NCBI GenBank assembly: GCA_951406725.2
Contig: OX597818.1
Location: 139,190,001 to 139,254,000 of the forward strand
Origin: Octopus vulgaris
Lineage: Eukaryota
Direction: 5' to 3'
DNA: 64,000 nt
How positions within the stretch are numbered: position 1 is the first letter of the stretch; every line of letters begins with the position of its first letter. The notes below the pieces were generated by a model. It had not been told where the DNA came from. It did not search any database and saw only the letters and a program-made list of their open reading frames with translations. Positions 24,235 to 38,345 of the stretch are shown here, one piece after another. The position numbers were made by a program, and so were the translations under genes.

Positions 24235-24425
24235 TGTTAGCACGAGGCCAGCAATTCCGGGGGAGTACATAAGTCGATTACATCGACCCCAGCACTCAAC
24301 TGGTACTTATTTTATCGACGCCGAAAGTCGATCTCGGTGGAAATTGAACTCAGAACCTAAAGACGAACGAAATGCTGCAAAGCATCTTGCCCGGCGTACT
24401 AACGATTCTCTCAGCTCACCGCCTT
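24235..24425 (-). mobile_element. Family A SINE
   Basis: AAGTCGATTACATCGACCCCAG...CTGGTACTTATTTTATCGAC...TGAACTCAGAAC. Confidence 0.8.
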
Positions 24426-24889
24426 TAACCATCGGTGTCTTGCAAACAACTTGCACATGCGAGTGCTACCAGTCAAGAACTCCGCATACTGGAAGGCAGC
24501 AATTGTGTATGGGGTCATCAGGAGAGAATGCGCGCCGTTTCGGGGCCTACCTCTCGACGGCATCAATGCGCACCGGCCCCCCTTGCTGATATGAGGCCCC
24601 GCTTGCTAGATCAACTGGTTATCAAATAAAAGTCACTATTTCTCTAGCCATCGATCATCGTCTCTTTTTAACCAGATCCAGTGGCTAGCCTTCTCCACTG
24701 TAGTTTGGATATCGGTCATGGTGGTGTTGACTTTACGATGAGTTAAAAACTAAGTATAGTAAGTTGTCTTTTCCCTTTTTCAATCTCCCAAGGGTACCCT
24801 ATGGCAAACGCTGCTCTAATGTCTTTAGAAAAACCATAAACATCAAAGCCATGCACGCACTTTTACCCGTCAGATATATAGGTTACTTT

Positions 24890-25235
24890 TAGGTGGCGAG
24901 CTGGCAGAATCATTAGCATGCTGGGTAAAATGCTTAGCGGTCAAATTCCGTCGAGGCCGATTTTGCCTTTCATCCTTTCATCCTTTCGGGGTCGATAAAT
25001 TAAGTACCAGTTGAGTAATGGAGTCGATGTAATCGATCGACTTCCTCCCTCGAAATCTCAGGGCTTGTGCCTATAGTGGAAAAGAATATATAAGCTACTT
25101 TATTCCGCCGAGGCCGACTTAGACTTTCAGCTTTTAGGATCGATAAGAAAATGTACCATTTGAACACTGAATTCTATGTCATCGACTTATCCCCTTCCCC
25201 GTTTTTGCTGGCCTTGTGCCAGAATTTGAAACCAA
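24890..25235 (+). mobile_element. Two adjacent family A SINE pieces
   Basis: Head GGTGGCGAGCTGGCAGAATC and core at 24890-25085; second core-plus-tail at 25102-25235. Confidence 0.75.
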
Positions 25236-25490
25236 TATATAGGTTACTTTGTCTTGTTATAAAAAAATTTGCTCCAATATATGTCACTTATAAAATTTCA
25301 CCTTGGGGTCATTTTTAGTCAATTACTGAAGTTTTCAGGTATTTTTACTTTATGAAGAAAGTGATCTCTAAGAGCGACTTATGTGTGTCAACAGAAAGAA
25401 AATAGAAAAAAAAAAACCTCCAATACATGACAATATTATCTCTGACTATGGTTTTTTAGCTCAAATTTTCTTTTTATGGGAATTTCACAC

Positions 25491-25547
<57 letters not shown>

Positions 25548-25622
25548 TAATAATAATAGTGACAACAACAATAATAATAATGATTTCATTCATTGGCCAC
25601 GAGGGTAATAATCATAATATAT

Positions 25623-25681
<59 letters not shown>

Positions 25682-25683
25682 CA

Positions 25684-25730
<47 letters not shown>

Positions 25731-26397
25731 ATCATTAAAACTAAGAAACAGTATCCTCCGCTCATCCCTTACGACTAACTTTCTGCCACCCACGGGAAAA
25801 TACACTCAATGAACCGGTTTCATCAGACTCGCCGCCCTCGCTCACTCTTGTCTCGCTCACTCTAAATTATTTTGCACGCTTATTTCTGTTCATAACACAA
25901 TTCATCTGAAACTATCTCACCATCACTTCAAATACTTCACCCATTCCTCCCCCAGCATGTTCATGAGTTTCTCTTCTCGAATTGTTAACCAGACACTATT
26001 TAATTGGAACATCAACTGTATTAACCGCCCACACCATCACGAATAAACTGCCCGCGTAAGCGCATAAAGAGGTGGAGATAATCGTGAGTGTATAGTAAGT
26101 AAGTTAGATGGACCTCGGTCGGTTTCATCGATGAAGATTTCGTTGTTGCGTTCAATTAAACTCCACTCTCACTGAATGAGTATCTAAGGAGTTGCGTACT
26201 TCACAAAGATGAGCACCGTAAACATAATCCTCACGTAGAATAAGTGTTACTCAGTGTGACAAGATTAGAGGTCGTTAAGTTAGAGGTGCAATCCATCTGA
26301 TAGGCTTGAGCACAGTTTCTTCTCCCCAATATCATTCAGTGTTTTGTGTTGATCTTTTGCAATGAGAAAAGACACCTTAAATGTTACACACTAGAAT

Positions 26398-26988
26398 CTG
26401 GCAGAAACGTTAGCACGCCGGGCGAAATGCTTAGCGGTATTTCGTCTGTCGTTACGTTGTGAGTTCAAATTCCGCCGAGGTCGACTTTGCCTTTCATCCT
26501 TTCGGGGTCGATTAAATTAAGTACCAGTTACACACTGGGGTCGATACAATCGACTTAATACCTATGTCTGTCCTTGTTTGTCCCCTCTATGTTTAACCCC
26601 TTGTGGGTAATAAAGAAATAGGTATTTCGTTTGCCGTTACGTTCTGAGTTCAAATTCCGCCGAGGTCGACTTTGCCTTTCATCATTTCGGGGTCGATTAA
26701 ATAAGTACCAGTTACGTACAGGGGTCGATATAAACTACTTAAGCTGTTTGTCTGTCCTTGTTTGTCCCCTCTGTGTTTAGCACTTTATGGGTAGTAAAGA
26801 AATAGGTATTTCGTCTGACGTTACGTTCTGAGTTCAAATTCCGCCGAGGTCGACTTTGCCTTTCATCCTTTCGGGGTCGATAAATTAAATACCAGTTACG
26901 CATTGGTGTCAATGTAATCCACTTAATCCCTTTATCTGTCCTTGTTTGTCCCCTCTATGCTTAGCCCCTTGTGGGCAATAAAGAACTA
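26398..26988 (+). mobile_element. Family A SINE with body trimer (184-185 bp unit)
   Basis: One head; body restarts at GGTATTTCGT at 26436, 26621 and 26805. A short direct repeat AGAATCT flanks the array. Confidence 0.9.
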
Positions 26989-27705
26989 AGAATCTAAACT
27001 GGAAGCTTATTATTGTAAAGCGAATTTCGGCCATGCTGCACCAATAGGCCTTTGATGGCGATAAAGACATACTGAGATTTGTTCAAAGGGGTACGAAAGT
27101 GTAATTAAAATGCAATGAGAATACAGCTTATCCAGAGTCGCCATTCGCATGACTAACAAAAATCTAAGTCAATGGTAGCACATTTAATGTAATGTACAAC
27201 AATACTGCAACGAATTAAAATCATACTTTTAATGAGGAGAGTAAAAACATAAAGTCAATGACGAATGTTGGTCAATGCAAAGGGTTGAAAACTCCGAAAT
27301 TTTTACTAATTAGAATAATAACTCTACATGGAGGACAAATTAATTGTAACTAATGATCTTTGTCTAGTTCGGAAACAAGTATGGTCATGTTCTGGTCGTA
27401 TTAGACCACCTCACTGATTTATAATGGTACTAGGATCCTGAGGAGAAACAAAATGGCTATCAAGCAAACGTAAGGATTTCTGAACCGTCGGTCGGCATGC
27501 TAGAAACACTAGCCAAAGCTCCCACAGTTTACTTTCTAATGTCTCTAAAACTGTAAGGCACCTTAGATGATTTCGTGTAATCGAAAGGAAAGGAAAAGAA
27601 AAAAATATTTATTAAGACGTGATGGTTACGACTGGAACACCTTTGATCAAAACTCGAGTCAATGAAGGCTAAAAAACAACAGAGACAACAGTAACGACGA
27701 TGAGG

Positions 27706-27751
<46 letters not shown>

Positions 27752-28539
27752 AAATAGCAATATTCACAGCAACAGCAGCAGGAATGGTAACAACGACCGC
27801 AAGACTATCAGTAGTGACAGGAATAACAATAACAACGCTCGGGAAATATCCCACAAGTAACGACATCCTACTATTTTAAAACTTAAAGGAAAGACACTTG
27901 CGATAATATAGCGCTACACAAATTCTATATATACAAAGCATCCCACCACAAAAAAAACCCAAAAAAAACAGAACGCCCTCACAACAGCAACAAAAAACTG
28001 GTTCACCATGGCTGGATCATTTCAGATCATGGATGTGCCCGATCAAGATAGATCTCGATCTAAACAAGAACTAAAACTCTATCAATTCTGAGAACGTCAG
28101 TGACTGAAGTAATTAATATAATAGTTTGCTGTCAGAAAGGAGATATTCTACTAACAAACGCCCGATTTTAGGTCACCAGTTGAAAGAAAACAGTTTTTTT
28201 TATAATAGTTTTATTATAATAACTTTTTTTTATAATAGTTTCCCACTCTATCTGCATCTTACTCTCCTCTCTCTCTCTTCTCTCTCTCTCGCACCCCTCT
28301 ATCTGCATCTATATGCATATACATGCATATACATGCTCTATATATCTTTTCATTTTTAGCTATCGTGCTCTTTTATATGAGCATGTATTTGTATAGCCAT
28401 TGTATGTATTTACATAAACGTACCTACATGCACCCATAGTAACACACACACACATGCACACATACACACACACAAATATATATATATATTTATATACGCT
28501 AATATCGAATAGTGAGAATGTGTGCTCAACACCCTATTC

Positions 28540-29500
28540 TTTTATTTGTGGGTTAACAAGGCTACCAATGGTTTCAGTAAAGAAAAAATCTCTCAAGCCT
28601 GTGACATAGAAACGTTGGTACTCGTATTCATTTTGGATGAGAACACATGAATTTGCACGAGGCGGTGAGCGATTTTGTGATGAAAAGATTACAACAAAGG
28701 GAGGTAATTGTTGTCTCTCTTGCATTAGAGCTGGGATCTTTGAAAGGAACTGCGTTACAATGGACTGATTAATTCCTTAATAATTTTATATGAGAACGCT
28801 CGTGCACGTCCAAATTTAAAATTATGTGTTAGTGAAAATAATGTCGATCGTTTTCAGTGACAATGAAAATAAAAGCGTTATGAACATCTCCCATATCGTT
28901 GTGGCCCCCCGTACAACTATATACAAGGCCGACATTACGGATTGAAGGGCACAAAGCAAAAACTTACATTGGAATGATGGGTAACAACTTTAAAGAGATA
29001 TATATGCGGCATTTGGCTTCTTTCAGAGATAAAAGCAAACGACATACAACATCCTTATCCAATATGGTATGGACACTTAATGAGAGGATCGTGAGCAAGC
29101 CCTGTATAAACAGAAGCATTATAACTAAGGCCAGCAAATACGGGAACAGGGCAGCAAATGCGAGCTCTACATGACAAAAAAACTAAATATTATAACATCA
29201 ACAGTGAACGTCTAAAATATTAGAGAAGTAACATTCCCCACGACCACCCTGCAACAATTCATATTTCGAAATTTGAAGCATGATCTCCCCACCCACTTTT
29301 CCACTCCTCTTTTCCAACCAGCTTCCTCCTATGATCTATATATTTATTTATCCCGAAATTCCGTGCCGTCTCGTGCAATTTCGTGCTTTCTCATCCAAAA
29401 TGGAGACAAGTACCAGCGTTCCCATGCATCAGGCTTGATAATTGTCTAGAGATTCCTCTTTACATAAAACCGTTGGTAGCCTTGTTAATCCACAAGTAAA
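28540..29500 (+). mobile_element. Decayed Penelope-like element 3' part (GIY-YIG endonuclease) with inverted terminal duplication
   Basis: IYKADI...KTYIGMMGNNFKEIYMRHLASFRDKSKRHTTSLSNMVWTL (ORF 28899-29174 region). 28540-28668 is the reverse complement of ~29365-29500. Confidence 0.85.
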
Positions 29501-29876
29501 TGCATCTGTGTATGTGTATCTGTGTGTATGTGTGTGTGTGTGTGTGTGTGTGCATATGCATGTATATATGTTTAGATATATATATATGTTTAGATACAAA
29601 CACACACATACATATTTGCAAATACATGCATTCATATATGCGTATAAGTCTGTGTGTGCATATATATGTAGATATTTGTGTATTTATATAGTTATACATA
29701 CATACATATGCGCGCGCGCGTGCGAACACACACATAATCACATACACACACACATATATAAGCATATATATGTATTAAATGTGTCAACGAACCTCTCCTT
29801 AATGTGGTAGGTGGTTAACAGTCTTACCGCAATGTTTGTTAACCAAACACATACAACCGAGTTGCATCACACAAGC

Positions 29877-29917
<41 letters not shown>

Positions 29918-30084
29918 CACATGCACACACACAGTTATGTACAAGATTTTGTGACCGCCTACCGCTGCTGGAAGCCTCTTTGACACTTTTCTCATCTACT
30001 GCAAGTAAACATGCAGAAATGCACAACACATGTGCACAGATAAATTCATAAAAAGATTTCTCTGTTTCTCATTGATAACATAGA

Positions 30085-30109
30085 ATACACATACACACAC
30101 ACAGACATA

Positions 30110-30179
<70 letters not shown>

Positions 30180-30195
30180 TACAAACACACACACA

Positions 30196-30290
<95 letters not shown>
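30085..30290. repeat. (CA)n microsatellite
   Basis: Directly visible. Confidence 0.95.
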
Positions 30291-30346
30291 GACATAGTAG
30301 TGGATTCGCCGTCGTTGTTTACGATCATCGCTGTGTTGTTCAAGCA

Positions 30347-30515
30347 CCTATTTCTTTATTACCCACAAGGGGCTAAACACAGAGGGGACAAACAGGGACA
30401 GATATAGGTATTAAGTCGATTACATCGACCCCAGTGCGTAACTGGTACTTAATTTATCGACCCCGAAAGGATGAAAGGCAAAGTCGACCTCGGCGGATTT
30501 TGAACTCACAACGTA
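30347..30515 (-). mobile_element. Family A SINE, 5'-truncated
   Basis: Reverse complement of the body unit at 26436-26620. Confidence 0.85.
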
Positions 30516-31134
30516 GCACCTGAGTATTCTACAGACACGTGGACTCATAACGCCTTGACGTTAATTCTCAGACCAGTCATCAGGATACAGCACGTGTCAG
30601 GTATGGCTTTTTACATTACAGACACACAGCAAACAAACGCATTCACACACTTACACGCACATATGTATTATGTACAATATAGTGATAATCAGATGAACTG
30701 AAATATGTTTAAACATTATAACGCTTTACTGTGGGTTAAATAAGAATGTAAATATATTCTTTCTATTTTATTGATGTATGGAAAAAAGGAGGGAGGGAAT
30801 CTCCACATGGACTGTTTCACGGAATTTTGATTGGTCCATAGAGGATACGCACCTGGCATCTTTCTCAAATCAATAGCATCAATCAGCTTCTATATAAAGC
30901 AGTCATAAATTAGTCTAGCACCAGGACAAATTGTTTATTTGATTATTTGTGTTTTGGAAACTCGTCAGTTGTTAAATAGTATATATCTTATGCACAACAG
31001 AGCGCAACTCAGGAGTGAAATGAAGTTTAATATTGCATAGTTAATCCAAACATGAACCAAGAGAAAACACAACAACGCGTGGACGTGGAACAAGCATAGT
31101 GTTATTGGACGCTCAGGAATGGAAGCTTCATTGC

Positions 31135-31578
31135 GAGAGAGTGAGAGAGAGAGAGAGAGAGAGAGTGAGAGAGAGAGAGAAAGAGAGAGAGAGTAGGAGA
31201 GAGAGAGATCGAAAAAGCGAGAGAGAGTAGGAGAGAAGGGAGAGGAAGAGAGGAGAGAGAGAGGGAGAGAGAGAGGGAGAGAGATGGAGAGAGAGAGGGA
31301 GAAAGATAAAGAGAGACAGAGAGAGTAGGAGAGAGAGATAGAAAACGCGAGAGAGTAGGGGAGAAGGGAGAGGAGAGAGAGTATGAGAGAGAGTAGGAGA
31401 GAGAGGGAAGGAGATATCGAAGAAGAGAGAGGAGGAGAGAGATGGAGTTGGAGGGAGAGAGAAAGACAGCGAGGGAGAGAGGTGGAGAAAGACGGAGAGA
31501 AGTGGAGAGAAGGAGAAAGAAAGTAAGCGGGGAGGGAGGGAAATAGAGGGAGAGAAGGAGGTGGCGAGAAAGTAGAAG
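31135..31578. repeat. Polypurine (GA)-rich tract
   Basis: ~440 nt, almost all A/G on +. Confidence 0.9.
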
Positions 31579-31827
31579 AATCGCTTTCTTTGTTTATCGA
31601 CTCCGAAATAATGAAAAATAAACGTCGTCATTTGAACACCGGCTGAAATAAGGTCACTGTTTCTTAAGTGCGTGCATGCGTGCATGTGTGTGTAGGGTGA
31701 GATTCCAACTCCCGAAGAATCTGTGAAAACAAAGGAGTCGCAAAAATTACCATATTAAATAAAGTTTGAGATGCTTTTAAACTTCTTATAATTTGTCAAA
31801 GACCGTGTCGAAGAAAGAATAATGGTA

Positions 31828-32238
31828 TACTCTTTTACTCTTTTACTTGTTTCAGTCATTTGACTGCGGCCATGCTGGAGCACCGCCTTTAGTCGAGCAA
31901 ATCGACCCCGGGACTTATTCTTTTTGTAAGCCCAGTACTTATTCTATCGGTCTCTTATTGCCGAACCGCTAAGTGACGGCGACGTAAACACACCAGCATC
32001 GGTTGTCAAGCAATGCTGGGGGGGGGGAGGGCAAACACAAACACACACACACATACATATATATATATAAACATATATACGACAGGCTTCTTTCAGTTTC
32101 CGTCTACCAAATCTACTCACAAGGCATTGGTCGGCCCGGGGCTATAGCAGAAGACACTTGCCTAAGGTGTCACGCAGTGTGACTGAATCCGGAACTATGT
32201 GGTTGGTAAGCAAGCTACTTACCACACAGCCACTCCTG
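31828..32238 (-). mobile_element. Full-length tRNA-headed CORE-like SINE (family C) with internal (TG)/(TA) tract
   Basis: Minus strand AGGAGTGGCTGTGTGGTAAGTAGCTTGC...GGATTCAGTC...CCTTAGGCAAGTGTCTTC (CORE-like), with a (GAGTAAAA)n tail. Confidence 0.85.
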
Positions 32239-32266
32239 CAATTTGCATTTATTAAGCAGAAGATGA

Positions 32267-32660
32267 AGGCGGGGAGATATAAGAATCGTTACCGCACCGA
32301 GCAAATTGCTTAGCAGCATTTCGTCTGCATTTACATTCTGGGTTCAAATTTCACCTTTCATCCTTTTGTGGTCGATAAAATAAGTACCAGTTGAACATTG
32401 GGGTCTATCTAATCTACTTTCACCATCCTCGCAAATTACTGTGCCAAAATTTGAAGTAAGTATATCAATAGACGGTTAGACTTAGCGGCATTGCGTCCGC
32501 TTTTAAGTTTTGAGTTCAAATTCCGCCATAGTCGATTTTGTCTTTCATCCTTTCTGGCCGATAAAATAAATATCTGCTGAGGCCTGGGGTTGATGTAGTC
32601 GACTTACTTCCATTCACCCCCACTGAACTTGCTGGCCTTGTGCCAAAATTTAAAACCAAT
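32267..32660 (+). mobile_element. Two degenerate family A SINEs in tandem
   Basis: Cores CCTTTCATCCTTT..GGTCGATAAAATAAGTACCAG at ~32355 and ~32545, each ending TGTGCCAAAATTT. Confidence 0.7.
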
Positions 32661-32753
32661 AAAGGGGAAGATGAGTCAAATTACCAGAACCGTTATATCA
32701 TCGGACAAAATGATTCGCGGAGTTTCTTATAGCTTTTTGTTGCATTCTGAGTT

Positions 32754-32938
<185 letters not shown>

Positions 32939-33534
32939 GTCTATGTGTCTGTCTGTTTATCTGTCTTGCATTTTATATACATGTATATACATATTTAAAA
33001 AATCGTCAGGTGAAACTTGAGCACCAGTCAGCTTGAAGTTTATGTACACACACACATACACACACCTTCCCCTTCCCAAACATCCACTCTCTCCTCATCG
33101 CTCTTCCTCCCCTTCTCTCTCCCTCTCTCTTCCCTCTCTCCCTCACAAGCACACAAATATACACCCCTCGTCACACATTCCCCACAGCAGGCCTCAATTA
33201 CTTGACCAAAGCAGAAAATGGTGGAAAACAGACCGGAGTTGATAAATAATTGAATCTAATGAGGATGCAAAACTGGCGCCTTGTTGCGCCCGTCTCCGTG
33301 TCGAAATATTTGGGTAAAGGAGATATAAAGAGAAAAAAAAAATAAAAGCAAATGATGGTGAGTGGTGAAGGTCAAGCCTGGAGCGGATGGGAACTGAGTC
33401 GAAGTGGGGATAGCATTTATTTAATACTTGACAGAATATATGACGAGGAGGAAATTAAATGGCGCATATAACTGTGATATTGTCTGTGTCGGCATACGTG
33501 TTTACTTATGTGCCCGTACGTGCATACGTATATA

Positions 33535-34196
33535 GGAATGTATGTATGTATGCATGTATGTATGTATGTATGTATGTATGTATGTATGTATGTATGTATG
33601 TATGTATGTGTGTATGTATGTATGTGTGTATGTATGTATGTTTGTATGTTTGTATGTATGTGTGTAGGTATGTATGTATGTGTGTATGTATGTGTGTGTA
33701 TATGTATGTATGTGTGTATGTATGTGTGTGTATGTGCATGTATGTATGTTTGTATGTATGTGTGTGTATGTGTGTGTGTATGTTTGTATGTATGTATGTG
33801 TGTATGTATGTATGTTTGCATGTATGTGTGTATGTATGTATGTGTGTGAATATGTATGTATGTGTGTGTGTGTATGTATGTATGTATGTATGTATGTATG
33901 TGTGTATGTATGTATGTGTGTATGTATGTATGTGTGTATGTATGTGTGTGTATATGTATGTGTGTATGTATGTGTATATGTATGTATGTGTGTATGTATG
34001 TGTGTGTGTGTATAGGTATGTATGTGTGTATGTATGTGTGTGTATGTATGCATGTATGTATGTATGTATGTATGTATGTATGTGTGTGTATATGCATGTA
34101 TGTATGTATGTTTGTATGTATGTGTGTATATGTATGTATGTGTGTGTATATGCATGTATGTGTGTATGTATGTGTATGTGTATGTATGTATGTATG
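33535..34196. repeat. Degenerate (TATG)n/(TG)n array
   Basis: Directly visible. Confidence 0.9.
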
Positions 34197-34249
34197 AACC
34201 TGGATATATGGAAATTGATACATACATATATATCTATAGATCTATACAT

Positions 34250-34975
34250 GAAGGTGTGTGGGTGTGCGGATAAAGGTGTGTGGACATGCAGATGATGGTG
34301 AGTGGTGTGGGTGCTGGGACGTGGTCAGTGCTAATGTGTGTGGATTGGTGTGGTGGGGTGTGGGTGTGGAATGAGGATGTGAGGTAGAGGTGTGACGTTA
34401 CGGTTTGGTATGTGGGAGCGGAGTGTGTGAATGTGGGGTGGAGGTGGGAGTATGTGGGAGTGGCGAGTGTAGGTGTGGGTGTTTGGGTGTAAGGTGTGGA
34501 GTGTGGGTGGAGGTGCTATCAATGAAGAGAGAAGGTGGGTAGCAATGAAGAGAAGAAGTAAGTGTCAGAGCAAGAGAGGACAGGTGGGTAGGCGTGAAGA
34601 GAGGAAGTATCAGAAGAAGAGAGGAGAGGAAGGGGGTGAGCAAAGGAGCGAAGAGAAAGAGTAATTCCTGTTCACGGCGAAGGCAGGAATCCGGATGGCC
34701 CCTGTGCAAAGACAATCCGAACACAGGTGTTGTAGTGAATGACCGGTGGAACGAAAATGGCGCGAGACGGGGGTGTCATTGCCAAGTCTGATGTCTCGGA
34801 GGTGCTCCGTGAACCGTTTAACCAAGCGGTGTCGCGTTTGACCGATATATAGAGAAGGGCAGAAAAAGGAGATGCAGTAAATGACTTTGCTAGAAGTGCA
34901 GGTAAAGGAGTCGGTGAAAATATGATAGGGACGATGATGGGTGCCTGGGTGGATAGTGGTGTTGGAGAGGTTCAA
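34250..34975 (-). mobile_element. Penelope-like element fragment: GIY-YIG endonuclease plus low-complexity downstream region
   Basis: ORF 34610-34975: SFTCTSSKVIYCISFFCPSLYIGQTRHRLVKRFTEHLRDIRLGNDTPVSRHF, a PLE-type VIY..YIGQT.R.R..EH signature. Confidence 0.85.
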
Positions 34976-35487
34976 CTTTTTAAGTTGGTATAGTTATTAA
35001 CAGTGATTATCATTATAATAATTATCAAATAAATAACACTGAAGCAAAGTAACACCAAATATATAGTGCGTGTGTTTTTATTGGCTAAACAGGCAAAATG
35101 ACCATTCCGAAATACAACAATGTCTGTTTCAACACACGACTCCACATAAAAAATCTTGCACAACGAATATATAAAAGTTATTATCATTATTATTGTAATA
35201 ATTATGCCTGATTATGCCAAAAATAGCGCGAGCAGAAACAGCTGTTAGATGAGGTATTGTCTTTATTTTTGTAATCAATAAATAATTATTGATGTTTATG
35301 AGTTATCAATTTTATCTCCATTTTCTTATTTTTCATTAAATATAGATAAATCTCGGTTTATTTCTTTCCTTACTTACCATTTATGAGCATTAACACTAAT
35401 ACTCATAATCACATATAGGTAATACACCAGTAATTCACTGGATATAAATATCCCTTGGACGCTTTTTATAACCTCTAATTGAAATCA

Positions 35488-35527
<40 letters not shown>

Positions 35528-35589
35528 TATGTGTGTGTGTATAATGGAATAATTACTGTGAAGCATTGTATACAATATATTGTATAAAA

Positions 35590-35826
35590 GATGCGAAGTA
35601 AATGCAAGGTAAATCACAAGAAAACAAATATGTGAATTAATGTAGACTTAACTTGTATTCAATATTTCGGGGTTATGACCCCATATTCAAGGAATTTGAA
35701 GACATCGGCAACATTCGTCAATTCCTTGAAAATGGGGTCATGACCCCGAAATACTGAATGCAAGGTAAGTCTACTCTAATTCACATATTTGTTTCCATGT
35801 AATTTACCTTGCATTTACTTCGCATC
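35590..35826. repeat. Foldback element (~107 bp arms, ~23 bp loop)
   Basis: 35590-35696 is the reverse complement of 35720-35826 with scattered mismatches; duplicated at 44578-44814. Confidence 0.9.
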
Positions 35827-36506
35827 GTTCTGGCCTTACCCACGATCTTTTATACATGATCTTTTATACGTGTGTGTGTGTGTGTGTGTGTTTGAGTATA
35901 TAAAGCCATTTTCCATCAAAGGTATTGGAAAAGCAGAGAAAAAGACGAACGGATTACATTGTCAAATATATTACGTTGGGAAAAAAACAGGTAAGATGTC
36001 GACGATTCGGAAAGTTTTTCCTTTATCGAAACTAGACGTAGAAAAGAGGATATATAAGGGTACAAACACAAGCATACACACCCATACTCTCACACAAACA
36101 TACCCACACACAACTATACTCTTAAAAAAACACACCCATTCACTCACACAAACACCCCAGCACCCATACTCTCACAGAAACACACCCAAACTCACACACC
36201 AACACAATGCACACACACTTATATTGGAAGTAGAAGAAAAAACGGATGTGTGGTTACGGCCGAGAAAAATCGATTATCTTATTTTCTAGTCATGTTTTTT
36301 TTTCATACAAACTAAACTAAACGTCTAATAAGAAATTTAAATTAGCGACGAGGTCAAGGTGTTGCTTCCGGCAGATGAAAAATGAACTCTGTGACGTCTC
36401 ATTTTCTGTCTATCTTCGTCTAAACAGTCAGAATACATACATACAAGAATACATAAATTTACTAATACACACACACAAACACACACACACACGCTCTCAC
36501 ACACAG

Positions 36507-36623
<117 letters not shown>

Positions 36624-37042
36624 GAAGTATATTCTATTTATGAATATGTCTAGATAAATACGGGTACACGGAGATAAGGGGATAGGTAAAATGTAGGTTG
36701 ATGGATTAAGTGATTGATGCATAACGCATCCACACGCATATTATGCATGTGTGTCTAATATGTATAGATAATATGGCTAGAAGCTATGCCAAAGGAAAGT
36801 GTAAAATGGCTAGAGTGAGATGTGTGTGTATGGGGTGTGTGTGCATGTGTGTGTGTCCGTGTGCATTCGCGCGCGTGTGTGTGTGTCCATGTCTGTGTGT
36901 TTATGTGTGTGTATGTAAAATGTATGTTCATGAAGTTGATGAGGTTATAGACACACAGACACACACATATATATATAAGGCAAGAACGATAAACAATGAG
37001 TTTATTAGGGACAGAGAGGTTTTAATTCAGGTCACTAATAAG

Positions 37043-37092
<50 letters not shown>

Positions 37093-38278
37093 AGTAGAGA
37101 GAGTATAAGAGAGGAAAAGGGAGAGAGAGAAAGCGTGAGAGAAAGATGAGAAAAAGAGAGGGAAAAGGAAAAATAAGAGAGATTATTCGCAATGTACACA
37201 TACATACACACTCTCATACTAATATGAAGGATTGTCAGATAAATTCGCTCGTTTCTTTTTTCCATTTACTTTAATCTTTACTTTCCACAAACACTTTTAA
37301 TAAGCATTATGTTTTCCTTATCTGTCCACGAAGTTTTGCCAACAATCCACTTGCGAATGCCTTGACAATAAAAAAAATCACCAGGACTTGACTCGAAGAG
37401 CGCATCGAGTCACGTTTCTTAGCTTTCATGTCATTTTGGAACTAAACGTCTTGCGGATTGCTGGAGAGCAACCGAAAAGGGCAATAATCTGAAGATGCTA
37501 TATCAGGAGAATACGGTAAGTATGATGGAACTTCTCAGCTGAGCTCCTGATTAACACTTTTGGTTAAAACAGCACCGTACAAGGTTACTTTCTTTTCCTG
37601 AGTCTCCTCGAATATGAGAAAAAGCTTCTATATTCAATTTTAAACCAATCTTAGCTAGTGGCTTGTTATCATAGGGAGATACTTCAAAGTTTTCATATCC
37701 GAAGAAAAGATAGGACTCTATTGCTTATACCTGCCAACAGGTAAACAACTGCATGCTATTTACATATTCAGACATGAGATCTGAGTTGTTATACGAGTAT
37801 AACGAGTATATATAAGAAGTAATACGGTGTGCAGATAGACACTTTACAGCTGTTTCAAAAATAGATGGGCAGGTGGTGCATTTCCCTGCAAATAATCGAC
37901 AGTCAACATTATAGTTGCCATCTATTCCATCATGGAGGAAGAATCTGCATTCCTTTTACCTTCCTTTCCTCTGTGATCAATGCTCACGTAACAATTCATC
38001 CCTCATGCTTAAATATATAGTTAACACTCACTGCCCTGATACTAGCTATTCTGCTGTTTATACTTGTGTTCTATTATACTCATCCTTGCTCAGCCGAAAC
38101 ACTGCTTTTAGCTAAAATTCCTGCTTCTAGTCGAAGTTCAAGATGGAGTTTTAGGCAGCAAGTCAAACTGAGCACTAATTGTATGTACGTAGTCTCTTAC
38201 ATCATCAGATCTAATATTACCTGAATTATACATATGTATGCGTGTGTATATGTGTGTGTGAGAGAGAGAGAAAGTATG

Positions 38279-38345
<67 letters not shown>

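Noticed and set aside
26398-26988. Regularly spaced repeats resembling a CRISPR array or satellite
   Set aside because: Whole 184-bp units repeat with no unique spacers, they match a dispersed SINE, and the DNA is eukaryotic.
27700-27840. (CAA)n-rich stretch resembling a polyQ/T exon
   Set aside because: Low-complexity microsatellite with no convincing splice or coding context.
35789-36289. 166-aa ORF retained in both duplicate copies (also 44777-45331)
   Set aside because: Starts in a foldback arm at TTG and runs through (TG)n and CA-rich sequence; retention reflects the recent duplication, not selection.
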